Source of the DNA: Nitrosopumilaceae archaeon
GTDB taxonomy: Archaea > Thermoproteota > Nitrososphaeria > Nitrososphaerales > Nitrosopumilaceae
DNA length: 64,000 bases
Assembly: GCA_965203465.1 (NCBI GenBank)
Contig: CBDBCR010000001.1
Span: 416,001-480,000, forward strand
Direction: 5' to 3'
The translations under genes and the position numbers were made by a program. Shown piece by piece: positions 47,124 to 57,062 of this stretch. Below the pieces are notes generated by a model. The model was not told the DNA's origin. It saw only the letters and a program-made list of their open reading frames with translations, and made no database searches. Positions within the stretch are counted from its first letter, which is position 1. Each line of letters starts with the position of its first letter.

Positions 47124-47776
47124 ACGAGCCCGAGCACGTATGGAGCGGGGGCGCCCGCATGTACCGCACGCCGGACGGCAGGGTGTACCCGTCGGTCACG
47201 TCGATCCTTGCGGCCACCCGGCCCGAGGCCGAGCGCGCGCGCCTCGAAAGGTGGAAGGCCATGGAGCCCGCGTCCGAGTACATCTCGTCGGAGGCCGCGC
47301 TCACGGGCACCGCCGCGCACCGCATGATAGAGCAGCACCTGCGCGGGCAGGCGCCGGATTCGGACGGCAGGCTGCTCTCCAGGGCGCACTTTGAGAACCT
47401 GATGCCGTTCGTATCCAAGATCTCGGATCCGCTCGGCGTGGAGCTGCGCCTGTACAGCGACCGGATGAGGCTTGCCGGCACCTCGGACTGCATAGGGACC
47501 TACGACGGCGCGGTCTCGGCGATAGACTACAAGACAAAGCGCTCCGAGCAGAAGGACGGGTGGCTCCGCGACTATTTCGTCCAGGGGACGGCGTACGCGC
47601 GCATGTTCGAGGAGCGCACCGGCGTGCCCGTGCCCCGCGTGGTCGTGCTCGTATCGACCGAGCGCGACACGCGCACAGAGCACGTGCGCGAGGCGGCCGA
47701 CTTTTACGGAGAGCTGGACGCGCGCCTCTGCCAGTACTACGCGCAAGGCGCGCCCCACTGCGCCAGAATCAGATAA
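47120..47776 (+). CDS. PD-(D/E)XK exonuclease (RecB/Cas4-like superfamily, MGME1/phage-exonuclease type)
   Basis: YPSVTSIL, GTAAHRMIE, E-x-x-L, AGTSDCI, IDYKT, QGTAYA; TTG start overlaps the EVE stop (TTGA). Confidence 0.85.
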   Translation: MNEPEHVWSGGARMYRTPDGRVYPSVTSILAATRPEAERARLERWKAMEPASEYISSEAALTGTAAHRMIEQHLRGQAPDSDGRLLSRAHFENLMPFVSKISDPLGVELRLYSDRMRLAGTSDCIGTYDGAVSAIDYKTKRSEQKDGWLRDYFVQGTAYARMFEERTGVPVPRVVVLVSTERDTRTEHVREAADFYGELDARLCQYYAQGAPHCARIR

Positions 47777-47883
47777 AGCTGGGAGGGGAGGTAGCCTAAA
47801 CCGCTAGCGCCGCGGCCCCGATCCGGGCAATTTTGCCGAGCGGCCATATGCTTTAAATTGCAGCATATTGCGTCTCGGATTGC

Positions 47884-48414
47884 ATGGATTGTCACGACGC
47901 GTTGCTCATGACTGTGAGAAAGAACGGCGGCTCGCTACACAGCCGAACCACGATCCAGAAATTGGGCTACTTTTACACACAGAGGATAGACGGCTTTGCC
48001 CCGAAGTACGTGCCGTACTTTTACGGCCCGTTCAGCAACGAGATCGCCTCGGCACTGATAGACCTGTCCGCATTCTCGTTTGTTAACGAGATCGCATATT
48101 CGGGATTTTATGGCGGATACACGTATGAGCTCACCGAGTCCGGCAAAAACTTTGCCAAGAAAGTGTCCAAAAAGAACAAGGACGAGTACAAGAAAATCGG
48201 GGACATCTTGTCTGTCTGCAAGGAACGTTGCGACCTAAAGCCTGCGCCGCTCTCTTACGCCGCAAAATGTCACTACATATTGAGCCGTGACGGCAAAACC
48301 GAACACACCAGGGCCGACATACAGCGGGCAGGTAAAGACCTGCGCTGGGACATATCAAACAAAGACATTGATGAGGGAATAAACCTGTTGCAAGGACTGA
48401 GCCTTGTCAACTAA
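47884..48414 (+). CDS. YwgA-like winged-helix protein (SocA/antitoxin-like)
   Basis: RTTIQKLGYF..YVPYFYGPFSNEI..YTYELTESGK; AT-richer than the flanks. Confidence 0.72.
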   Translation: MDCHDALLMTVRKNGGSLHSRTTIQKLGYFYTQRIDGFAPKYVPYFYGPFSNEIASALIDLSAFSFVNEIAYSGFYGGYTYELTESGKNFAKKVSKKNKDEYKKIGDILSVCKERCDLKPAPLSYAAKCHYILSRDGKTEHTRADIQRAGKDLRWDISNKDIDEGINLLQGLSLVN

Positions 48415-49697
48415 AACCACACCGAATTTTAGGCACAAGTCTATACGCGATCCATTGTACGGGTTCATAGGGCTATCTGAAAAAGAAGTCAAACTCATCG
48501 ACACGCCGTTATTTCGTAGGCTGCATTTCATCAAGCAACTCTCACGCATTTGTGGCCTATCCGAGCGCCATCCATACGCGTTTTGAGCATTCGCTCGGTT
48601 GCATGCACCTAGCTGGGAAAATCTGTGACGAGTTGGACATCGTGCAAGACAAGGAAGACGTGAGACTAGCGGCTCTGTTGCACGACATTGGGCACGGACC
48701 TTTTTCACACCTCTTCGAATCTGTGATAAGGAAGTGCAATCCAAGCATAGACGACCCGCACGAACTCATATCCAAGATCATGATAAACGAGAGTCAAGAT
48801 CTGGGACACATTCTTGGAAACAAGAAACAAAAAATCGTGGATCTTTTGGAGGGAAGACCGCGGACGCCAGCCTCGGACATAGTTTCCGGCAGTCTTGACG
48901 CTGACAAGTTGGACTACCTGTTGCGTGACTCTTACCATATCGGCGTGTACTATGGCCGGTTTGATTTAGACAGAGTGCTTCACACACTACGCAAACGCGC
49001 AAACACTTCTCTATGCATCGATGTCAGAGGCAAGGACGCTGTGGAAAACTACCGACTTGGACGACATTTGCTACACACGCAGGTATACCACCACCACGCT
49101 CGGCTGATCGCAGATCGCATGTTCCTAAAAGCACTCGACATAGCTCTAGACAACGGAGTAATCGAAAAGACCCACATGCAAATCCGCCTTGACGGCGACA
49201 ATTCGCATTTTCTAGGCTTTTACGGCAAGCTAGACGACAACTCTGTCTACGATCTCATAATCAGACACAAGAACGCCGGAGTCGCCAAAGAAATACTCCA
49301 GAACATAAGGCATCGGCGCTTACTCAAACGCGCCTGTGATTTTACCGCCAAGGATCTTGCACAAAACGCAGACGTTGGGGAGAGGCTCGTAAAACTAAAA
49401 CAAGCAGAACTCGACGAGATGTCCGCGCGGATAGCAGCGGACATGGGACTGCGGTCCCACGAAGTGATATTCCACAAATCTGAGATACAAATCAAACTAT
49501 ACAACAAGAACCCCATCATGATTTTGAAGGACGATCAGGTGATTAACCTGTCTGACTATTCTCCGTTTGCTTCGGCAGATTCGGTGATCAGATACATCGT
49601 GTACGGACCTGCAGACGCCGATGTTCGAAAGACAATCGCGGCCAGAGTAGCCGACGAATTGGGAGTGGACAAAAAGATCATATCCTATCTGAAATAA
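48404..49697 (+). pseudogene. HD-domain phosphohydrolase (YwfO/SAMHD1-like dNTPase), frameshifted near 48545
   Basis: IRDPLYGFI..FRRLHFIKQL in one frame; YPSAIHTRFEHSLG, LLHDIGHGPFSH, LDADKLDYLLRDS, QVYHH in the +1 frame. Confidence 0.85.
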
Positions 49698-49968
49698 CCG
49701 CCGTGTTCGTGCCGGCCCGATGCCCGGCGTTTTTTCTGCGCCACGACAGCGCAGGGGGATCGGGGCATTCGGGCGTGAACGCAACATGCTTGGAGACCAT
49801 GGGCCAGCTTGTGGATGCCGGCAGACATGGCGCGCAAGGCGCGCCCCACTGCGCCAGGGCGCCCTGAGGGCCCCCGTCCGGTACGCGCGGCCGGGGGCGA
49901 GCGGCGCGCCGGGGCAAAGCCGCTAGGGCGCCGCACTGTTGATATACGGCCGCCCGGGGGGCGGCACC

Positions 49969-50208
49969 ATGGCTACTGCATACGTGCTCATCAACTGCGA
50001 GCTCGGCTCCGAGGAGGCCATCATAGGCCAGCTCAAGGGGCTCGAGGGCATCCGCGAGGTGCACGGCACCTTCGGCGCCTACGACATACTCGCCAAGATA
50101 GAGTCCGACACGGTCGAAAAACTGCGCGAGACCATAACGTGGAAGATACGCAAGATAGAAAAGATACGCTCCACTCTCACCCTGATGGGAATAGAGGGCC
50201 AGACCTAG
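49969..50208 (+). CDS. Stand-alone Lrp/AsnC ligand-binding domain protein
   Basis: AYVLINCELGSE..TFGAYDILAKI..IRSTLTL. Confidence 0.9.
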   Translation: MATAYVLINCELGSEEAIIGQLKGLEGIREVHGTFGAYDILAKIESDTVEKLRETITWKIRKIEKIRSTLTLMGIEGQT

Positions 50209-50225
50209 GCCCTCTACCTTTTTCC

Positions 50226-50783
50226 ATGGACCTGCACTTTATCCTGCTCGTCGAGCAGGGCGCCGAGGCCGCGCGCGCGGCCGAGTTCGCGTACGTGCAG
50301 GACATGGCGCGCTTTTTCGCCCACTGGGCGAGATCGGAGTTCTCGCAGGACCTGGATCCAAAGTCGGACATGATGGCCGTGCCGCCGCGCGGGCCGCTGC
50401 GCAGGCTCGACACGCACGAGCTGCTCGACGACCACCGCGCGCGCGGGGAGGGCACGTACCACTTTTACCTGGCAAACTTCAGGCCGTTCTGGACCGACTG
50501 CACGTGCGAGGGCTACCACGCCGAGAACTTCGGCATGGTGTGGTGGCGCCGCTCGGACGACGAGCGCGTGCTGGCAGAAAAGAACTGCACTGCCGTCTCG
50601 CACGAGATGGCCCACGAGCTGCTGCGCAGGCGCGGCGCCAAGGCGCGCGATCCCGTCCACGACGTCTGGACGCGCCACTTTTACGACGGCCTGCCGTTCT
50701 GCGGGTACGATTCGGCGCACGCGCGCTCGAAAGAGCCTAGGTTCCTGACTCTGGACGCGGGGGAGCTCTTGCGTTCTTTATAG
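50226..50783 (+). CDS. Conserved thaumarchaeal protein with zincin-like HExxH
   Basis: WTDCTCEGY, VSHEMAHELL. Confidence 0.72.
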   Translation: MDLHFILLVEQGAEAARAAEFAYVQDMARFFAHWARSEFSQDLDPKSDMMAVPPRGPLRRLDTHELLDDHRARGEGTYHFYLANFRPFWTDCTCEGYHAENFGMVWWRRSDDERVLAEKNCTAVSHEMAHELLRRRGAKARDPVHDVWTRHFYDGLPFCGYDSAHARSKEPRFLTLDAGELLRSL

Positions 50784-51399
50784 AGTAGATGTTGTTCTCA
50801 AAGCTGGCGGCCTTCAAGTCCAGCGCGTTCTCCGAGTTTGAGGCGCGCTCGTCTATGAGCCGCTCCATCTCGGATATGGCCTCGCCACGGAACCCCACCG
50901 ACGAGCCGTAGACCGCGTCGGTCAGCATGGTCCCGTGGTCGCCCTTTTTTATGTCGTCCACCACGGCGCAGAACCTGCGCACGTCGGCGCCGTTGACCGG
51001 CCTGCCAGTGGCCTTGTTGGTGGCCACGGCCACGTACATGCCGTTGCTCTTTACGGCCACCATGAGCCTGTGGTTCTTGCCCGAGCCGCCCGGTATGTGC
51101 TCGTTTATGGAGACCTGGGACTTGTGGTACATGCTGGAGACGTACGCGTAGAACCGGTACTGGGCGAAGCGGCCGGCCTCGTCGTGCTCGCACTCTACGA
51201 AGACGCGGTGGAGAAGCGCCAGGGCCCCGTCGTTCATGCTCTGCAGGCGGTCGTCTATGCGGCCCCTGTCCAGGAGGTCGGACTTGCACTCTTTTGCCAC
51301 CATGGCCAGTATGAACTCGGGCAGGTTGTAGTTTTTGAGGGCAGAGACCAGCGCGCCGGCCTGCGAGGTGCCAAAGCTGGGGAAGCCCTTGTTGACCAC
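50737..51399 (-). CDS. Conserved hypothetical protein (possibly degenerate restriction-endonuclease fold)
   Basis: Host-like ORF; IPGGSGKNHRLMVAV resembles the GxSGxxH segment of Mrr-like proteins. Confidence 0.6.
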   Translation of the reverse strand: MVNKGFPSFGTSQAGALVSALKNYNLPEFILAMVAKECKSDLLDRGRIDDRLQSMNDGALALLHRVFVECEHDEAGRFAQYRFYAYVSSMYHKSQVSINEHIPGGSGKNHRLMVAVKSNGMYVAVATNKATGRPVNGADVRRFCAVVDDIKKGDHGTMLTDAVYGSSVGFRGEAISEMERLIDERASNSENALDLKAASFENNIYSIKNARAPPRPESGT

Positions 51400-51465
51400 G
51401 GGACAGGGGGGGACGTTTGCTTAATAATTGTTAAGAATTAAATTCGCCGGGGGGCCCGGCGGCGC

Positions 51466-53712
51466 GTGGCGACGGATCTGGGCCCGCCGGAGGTCTCTGA
51501 AATATACGGCCGGCTGGAGGAGGGCTCGTCGGAGTACCGGCGGGCCGTGGGCAGGCCGCTTTCTCTGTGCGAAAAGATACTCTCGGGGCACCTCGCCTCG
51601 CCCGGCGGCCCCCTCGAGGGGTACGTGCGGCTGAGGCCGGACCGCGTCGCGCTGCAGGACGTGACCGGCCAGATGGTGATGCTCCAGTTCATGCAGGCGG
51701 GCCTCGAGCAGGCGGCCCTGCCGACCACGGTTCACTGCGACCACCTGATACGCGCCCGGATCAGCGGGGACCAGGACATGAAGACGTCGCTCGACGAGAA
51801 CAGCGAGGTGTTCAGGTTCCTCAGCTCGGCTGCCAGCAGGTACGGCGTGGGGTTCTGGAAGCCGGGCGCCGGCATCATACACCAGGTGGTGCTGGAAAAC
51901 TACGCGTTTCCCGGCGGACTGATGATCGGAACCGACTCCCACACGCCCAACGCCGGCGGCCTAGGCATGATGGCGGTCGGCGTGGGCGGCCTCGACGCCG
52001 CCGAGGCCATGGCGGGCATGCCTTGGGAGGTGCTGTACCCGCGGCGCATAGGGGTGCGCCTGACCGGCAGCCTGGGGGGGTGGTCGTCCCCAAAGGACGT
52101 CATACTGCGCGTGGCGCAGCTGCTCACCGTCTCGGGGGGGACCAACTCCGTCATAGAGTACTTTGGGCCCGGCGCCGAATCGATCAGCTGCACGGGCAAG
52201 GCCACCATAGCCAACATGGGCGCCGAGGTGGGCGCCACCTGCTCCGTATTCCCGTACGACCGGCGCATGTCCGGGTACCTGCGCGCGACCGGCAGGGCGG
52301 ACTTGGCCGATCTTGCCGACGCGCGCGCGGCCCTGCTGCGCGCCGACGAGGGGGCCGAGCGCGAGCCGGAGCGCTGCTACGACCGGGTGATAGAGATAGA
52401 CCTGTCGGAGCTGGAGCCGCACGTCTCGGGCCCGCACACGCCGGACCTCGCGCGCCCCGTCTCGGAGCTTGCCGGCGACGCGGAATCTCAGGGGTACGTA
52501 AAGGCCATATCGGCCGCGCTGATAGGCAGCTGCACCAACTCCTCGTACGAGGACATGTCGCGCGCGGCGGCCGTCGCCGAGCAGGCGCGCAGGCGCGGGA
52601 TGAAGGCGGCCTCGCCGCTTCTGGTCACGCCCGGCTCGGAGCAGATAAGGGCCACCATAGAGCGCGACGGGCAGATGGGCTCCCTAGAGGCCATCGGGGC
52701 CACGGTGCTGGCCAACGCCTGCGGGCCCTGCATAGGGCAGTGGTCGAGGCCAGAGCTCGAGGAGGGCAAGGCCAACACCATCGTGACCTCGTTCAACCGC
52801 AACTTTCCCGGCCGCAACGACGGGAGGCGGCAGACGCTCAACTTCATAGGCAGCCCCGAGCTGGTCACGGCGCTGGCCCTGGGGGGGAGCATATCGTTCA
52901 ACCCGCTCACCGACGAGCTGGTCTCGCCGGACGGCGACAGGTTCGTCCTGGAGCCGCCGCCGCCGGCGCCGGACGTGCCGCCCGGCGGGTTTTCCGTCCC
53001 CGAGGGGATCTACGTGCCGCCCTCGGGGGATCCCGGCTCCGTAAGGGTGGAGCTGGACCCGTCGAGCTCGCGGCTGCAGAGGCTCGAGCCGTTCGGGCCG
53101 TGGGACGGGCGCGACATGGAAAAGATGCCGGTCCTTGCAAAGGCGCGCGGCAAGTGCACCACCGACCACATATCGCCCGCCGGCGCGTGGCTGTCGTTCC
53201 GCGGGCACCTGGACAACCTGAGCGACAACATGCTGCTGGGCGCGGTCAACGCGTTCACCGGCGAGGTCGGCCAAGGGAGGCACTCTTCGGGGGAAAAGAT
53301 GCCGTTTCCCAAGCTCGCGCGCAGGTACAAGGCCGAGGGCGCCCGGTGGGTCATAATAGGGGACGAAAACTACGGCGAGGGCAGCAGCCGCGAGCACGCG
53401 GCCATGACGCCCCGGTACCTAAACTGCGCGGCCGTCATCGCGCGCAGCTTTGCGCGCATACACGAGACCAACCTCAAAAAGCAGGGTGTCCTGGCGCTCA
53501 CGTTCGCCGATCCGGCCGGATACGATCTTGTGCTAGAGGGCGATTCTGTCTCGCTCTTGGACCTGGCCTCGCTGTCGCCGGGCGCGCCGGTGCGGTGCGC
53601 GCTGGACCATCCGGACGGCTCGTCCGAAGAGCTGGAGCTGCGCCACTCTTACGGAAAGGATCAGATAGAATGGTTCCGGCGCGGCTCGGCCCTCAACGTG
53701 CTGAAAGGGTGA
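51466..53712 (+). CDS. acnA: Aconitate hydratase (mitochondrial-type)
   Basis: HCDH, GTDSHT, IGSCTN, ACGPCIG, SFNRNF, TTDHISPAG, GSSREHA. Confidence 0.95.
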   Translation: MATDLGPPEVSEIYGRLEEGSSEYRRAVGRPLSLCEKILSGHLASPGGPLEGYVRLRPDRVALQDVTGQMVMLQFMQAGLEQAALPTTVHCDHLIRARISGDQDMKTSLDENSEVFRFLSSAASRYGVGFWKPGAGIIHQVVLENYAFPGGLMIGTDSHTPNAGGLGMMAVGVGGLDAAEAMAGMPWEVLYPRRIGVRLTGSLGGWSSPKDVILRVAQLLTVSGGTNSVIEYFGPGAESISCTGKATIANMGAEVGATCSVFPYDRRMSGYLRATGRADLADLADARAALLRADEGAEREPERCYDRVIEIDLSELEPHVSGPHTPDLARPVSELAGDAESQGYVKAISAALIGSCTNSSYEDMSRAAAVAEQARRRGMKAASPLLVTPGSEQIRATIERDGQMGSLEAIGATVLANACGPCIGQWSRPELEEGKANTIVTSFNRNFPGRNDGRRQTLNFIGSPELVTALALGGSISFNPLTDELVSPDGDRFVLEPPPPAPDVPPGGFSVPEGIYVPPSGDPGSVRVELDPSSSRLQRLEPFGPWDGRDMEKMPVLAKARGKCTTDHISPAGAWLSFRGHLDNLSDNMLLGAVNAFTGEVGQGRHSSGEKMPFPKLARRYKAEGARWVIIGDENYGEGSSREHAAMTPRYLNCAAVIARSFARIHETNLKKQGVLALTFADPAGYDLVLEGDSVSLLDLASLSPGAPVRCALDHPDGSSEELELRHSYGKDQIEWFRRGSALNVLKG

Positions 53713-53714
53713 CG

Positions 53715-53862
53715 TGGGGCCGACCGGAATCGAACCGGCGACCTACGGGTCACTACAGCTCCAAACTCACATCATTCTTGCGTCAGCGGTCTGTCTTTAA
53801 CCTCTGGAGCCCTTTGCGGTGACGGCAGTCACTGTCGCCCTGCCAGGCTAGGCTACGACCCC
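53715..53862 (-). tRNA. tRNA-Trp(CCA) with two introns (21 nt at 28/29: 53813-53833; 53 nt at 37/38: 53751-53803)
   Basis: Removing both introns gives a 74-nt cloverleaf GGGGTCG...ACGGG-CTCCAGA-CCCGT...GGTTCGATTCC...CGGCCCCA. Confidence 0.9.
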
Positions 53863-53973
53863 ACGGGGCGCGGCCGGGCGCATGCAATTTTAACCTACCC
53901 GACGGCCCGGCGCCTCTTCCCGCCCGTCGCCGCAGACCAAGCTTTTTGTAGCCGGCCGCCGGGCCGGGCCGCG

Positions 53974-54504
53974 TTGGTAAAGCCGGTCGTACTGGTGCTC
54001 GCCGCGGTGCCGGCGATCGCGGCCATGCTGCTCGTCTCGCCGCTGATACTGCGCACCGAGGTCCCGCGCGGCGCGGCGCTGCCCGACGACCGCCTCGACT
54101 TGGAATACACGCGCCACGACCTCAGGACGGTGTCGTTCGGCATAACAGAACGGCTCGCCTCGGAAAAGACCGAATACCTAGAGATCTCCGACGGGCAGGC
54201 AGCCTACTATACGATAGAGTCGGGCGTGCAGTCCCCCGAGGAGGCCTTCGAGGTAGACCCCGCCGACATGCTGTCGCTGGTCGCCTTCGTCAAGGAGACC
54301 GGCGTCATGTCCCTGCCGCCCGACGCGTTCCCCGTCCGCGATGGCCAGTCCGAGTACACGCGCTCTACGCTGGAGACGACGCTCAACGGCGCGGCCGGCA
54401 GCATAACGTGGCCCAACCAGGGCGCCACCGACCGGTTCGTGCCCCCCGTCGTGACGGAGCTGGAGGCCAAGCTGAGGGCGATAATAGAGCGGGGCTCCGA
54501 ATAA
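53974..54504 (+). CDS. Membrane-anchored hypothetical protein
   Basis: N-terminal TM, acidic soluble domain. Confidence 0.68.
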   Translation: MVKPVVLVLAAVPAIAAMLLVSPLILRTEVPRGAALPDDRLDLEYTRHDLRTVSFGITERLASEKTEYLEISDGQAAYYTIESGVQSPEEAFEVDPADMLSLVAFVKETGVMSLPPDAFPVRDGQSEYTRSTLETTLNGAAGSITWPNQGATDRFVPPVVTELEAKLRAIIERGSE

Positions 54505-54534
54505 TTAATAGTGCGCGCCCCCGGCGCGCTGGCC

Positions 54535-55485
54535 ATGATACCGCTTGCAGGCGACAGGGCAGACGCGCGCGGGAGGATCTCGGCGGACGGCAGGACGCGC
54601 GGCACCTCGACGCTCAAGCGCGGGTTCGCGCACATGCTCAAGGGCGGCGTGGTGATGGACGTGACCAGCGCGAGCCAGGCCGCGATAGCAGAGGAGGCCG
54701 GCGCCGTCTCGGTCATGGTGCTCGACAAGCTCCCCTCGGAGGTGCGCAAGGCCGGCGGCGTGGCGCGCACGGCCGGCATCGGCGTGATACGCGAGATCAT
54801 GGGATCGGTGACCATACCGGTCATGGCAAAGTGCCGCATAGGGCACACGTACGAGGCGCGCGTGCTCGACTCCGCCGACGTCGACATGATAGACGAATCC
54901 GAGGTGCTCACGCCGGCCGACGGGGAGCGCCACATATGGAAGTGGGACTTTACGTCGCCGTTCGTCAACGGGGCCCGCTCGCTGGCCGAGGCGCTGCGCC
55001 GGATAGAGGAGGGGGCCGCCATGATACGAACAAAGGGCGAGCCGGGCACCGGCGACGTGGCCGAGGCCGTGAGGCACGTAAAGGCGGTCGAGGCCCAGCT
55101 GCGCCTCGCCGGCGCGCTGCACCGCGCCGGCGACAGGCAGGAGCTGATGCGCCTCGCCCGCCGCATGCGCGTCTCTTACGATCTTTTGGAGCAGACGGCC
55201 GCCTTGGGCAGGCTGCCGGTGGTCAACTTCGCGGCCGGCGGCATAGCCACGCCGGCCGACGCGGCCTACCTCATGTCGCTTGGCTGCGACGGGGTGTTCG
55301 TCGGCTCTGGGATATTCGCCGCCGGCGACCCGCAGGAGCGCGCGCGCGCAGTCGTGCTGGCAGCCGCTTTCTGGGACGATCCGGCCCGCGTCGCCGAGGC
55401 CCAGGAGATGACCTCCGAGAGATCGTCGCTGCCCGGCATCGCCTCGCCGGATCTGTCCATGCAGGAGAGGGGGGGCTCGGCGTGA
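54535..55485 (+). CDS. pdxS: Pyridoxal 5'-phosphate synthase lyase subunit
   Basis: [41 protein letters not shown]. Confidence 0.96.
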   Translation: MIPLAGDRADARGRISADGRTRGTSTLKRGFAHMLKGGVVMDVTSASQAAIAEEAGAVSVMVLDKLPSEVRKAGGVARTAGIGVIREIMGSVTIPVMAKCRIGHTYEARVLDSADVDMIDESEVLTPADGERHIWKWDFTSPFVNGARSLAEALRRIEEGAAMIRTKGEPGTGDVAEAVRHVKAVEAQLRLAGALHRAGDRQELMRLARRMRVSYDLLEQTAALGRLPVVNFAAGGIATPADAAYLMSLGCDGVFVGSGIFAAGDPQERARAVVLAAAFWDDPARVAEAQEMTSERSSLPGIASPDLSMQERGGSA

Positions 55486-56072
55486 GCGCGCGCGTCGGGG
55501 TGCTGGCCCTGCAGGGGGACGTGCGCGAGAACGCCGCCGCCCTCGAGGCGTGCGGGGCAGAGGCGGTGCCGGTCCTGTACCCGGAGCAGGCGGCCGGCCT
55601 CGACGGCCTCGTCATGCCGGGCGGCGAGAGCACGACGGTGGGCGGGCTTGCCGACGGGGATCTGTTCGGGCAGATACGCAAGGAGGCGCTCTCGGGCATG
55701 CCGCTGCTGGGCATATGCGCCGGCATGGTGATGATGGCGCGCAGCGTAAAGGGGGGCGCCGGCGGCGGGCAGCCCCTCCTGGAGCTGCTCGACATGGACC
55801 TGGAGCGCAACGCCTTCGGGAGGCAGCGCAGCTCGTTCCAGGCGCGCGTCTCGCTGGAGCCGCTCGGCATAGGGCCGTTCGAGGGCGTGTTCATCCGGGC
55901 CCCGTCGGTCTCGGCCGTCGGCGAGGGCGTCGAGCCGCTGGCGCGGCTGGACGGGCGCATAGTGGCCGTGCGCAAGGGCTCCATGATAGGAACCGCGTTC
56001 CACCCCGAGCTGGGCGACCTGTCGCTGCACCGCCACTTTGCCGGGCTGGCCCTGCAGCGTGCCAAGCGTTAA
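55482..56072 (+). CDS. pdxT: Pyridoxal 5'-phosphate synthase glutaminase subunit
   Basis: [29 protein letters not shown]. Confidence 0.95.
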   Translation: MSARVGVLALQGDVRENAAALEACGAEAVPVLYPEQAAGLDGLVMPGGESTTVGGLADGDLFGQIRKEALSGMPLLGICAGMVMMARSVKGGAGGGQPLLELLDMDLERNAFGRQRSSFQARVSLEPLGIGPFEGVFIRAPSVSAVGEGVEPLARLDGRIVAVRKGSMIGTAFHPELGDLSLHRHFAGLALQRAKR

Positions 56073-56099
56073 TAAAAGACTCCGCGGGGCTTTGGCCCG

Positions 56100-56564
56100 T
56101 TGAGCGAGCCTGCGGCAAGCCACGCGTACGGCGTCGGGATCCTGGCAGTCATCGTGGCGGTCGGCGCCAGCATCGTCTTTTACACATCGTTCTACCTGCC
56201 CGAATCGCTGGCGCGGCCCAGCGTCGACGAGCACGTGCTGGAGCCGGACGGAACTTTCACCATAAACATGATAGCCGGCTCGGGCGATCCCAACCAAGAA
56301 GAGAACTTTATCCCCAAAAACCCCCAGATAGAGCTGACAAAGAACAACCTGGTGATATGGGTCAACGAGGACACGACCCCGCACACCGTCACCCCCGACC
56401 ACCGCACCGAGGATTCGTACAGCGGCGAGTTCGGCTCGGAGGGCGTGGTGCTGGCGGGCGAGACCTACGAGTTTCTGTTCACCGAAGAGGCCGAGATCCC
56501 GTACCACTGCAGCCCGCACCCGTGGATGACCGGCACGCTAAAGATCACCCAGTCGAGGGGCTGA
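56100..56564 (+). CDS. Membrane-anchored plastocyanin-like blue copper protein
   Basis: TM plus PHTV and YHCSPHPWM type-1 Cu ligands. Confidence 0.9.
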   Translation: MSEPAASHAYGVGILAVIVAVGASIVFYTSFYLPESLARPSVDEHVLEPDGTFTINMIAGSGDPNQEENFIPKNPQIELTKNNLVIWVNEDTTPHTVTPDHRTEDSYSGEFGSEGVVLAGETYEFLFTEEAEIPYHCSPHPWMTGTLKITQSRG

Positions 56565-56889
56565 GCCGGACGAACGCGGACGCGCTCTCTATCTCCTTGT
56601 GCTGCTCTATTATGGACGCCCTGACCTTGGCCTCGAGCTCTTTTCCGTGCTCGAACTCGGGCGAGGCCTCGAAGCGTATTTCGCCGCCGTCGACCTCTTC
56701 CATGGGCACGAAGAGGCGCCCGACCGCGCCCGGCTTTCTGCCGTTGCACGACCTGAAACCGAGCAGGCCGCTGTAGCCGAGCACCTGCGTGTTTATCACG
56801 ACGCCGTCGTACCTGCCCGCAAAGCCCACCGAGACGGTCCCCGAGACCGCGCCGCCCGGCCCCGGCTCTAGCTTCAGCGCGATGTCCAC
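56545..56889 (-). CDS. Conserved hypothetical protein
   Basis: GRYDGVVINTQV..RASIIEQHKEIES; GTG about 25 nt after a TTATTTA tract. Confidence 0.62.
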   Translation of the reverse strand: MDIALKLEPGPGGAVSGTVSVGFAGRYDGVVINTQVLGYSGLLGFRSCNGRKPGAVGRLFVPMEEVDGGEIRFEASPEFEHGKELEAKVRASIIEQHKEIESASAFVRLSPSTG

Positions 56890-56923
56890 CCCCGCGCGCC
56901 GGCGCTCCGGTAAATAACCCATG

Positions 56924-57001
56924 TGGCGGGCCCGGAGGGCTTCGATCCCCCGACCATTGGATTAGAAGTCCAACACTCTATCCAAGCTGAGCTACGAGCC
57001 C
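56924..57001 (-). tRNA. tRNA-Arg(TCT) with encoded CCA
   Basis: GGGCTCG...TTGGA-CTTCTAA-TCCAA...GGGGGATCGAAGCCCTC-CGGGCCC-G-CCA. Confidence 0.93.
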
Positions 57002-57062
57002 GCCCGGCGGGGGCGCGCGTGGCCTTTAATGGGTTGCGCATCCGGGCCGCGTCAGCTGTTAT

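Noticed and set aside
47120-47776. cas4 of a CRISPR-Cas locus
   Set aside because: Lacks the four-Cys Fe-S pattern and has no cas1/cas2 neighbours.
4315-57001. Provirus or integrative element at the tRNA genes
   Set aside because: No integrase, capsid or packaging genes, and no duplicated tRNA 3' ends noticed.
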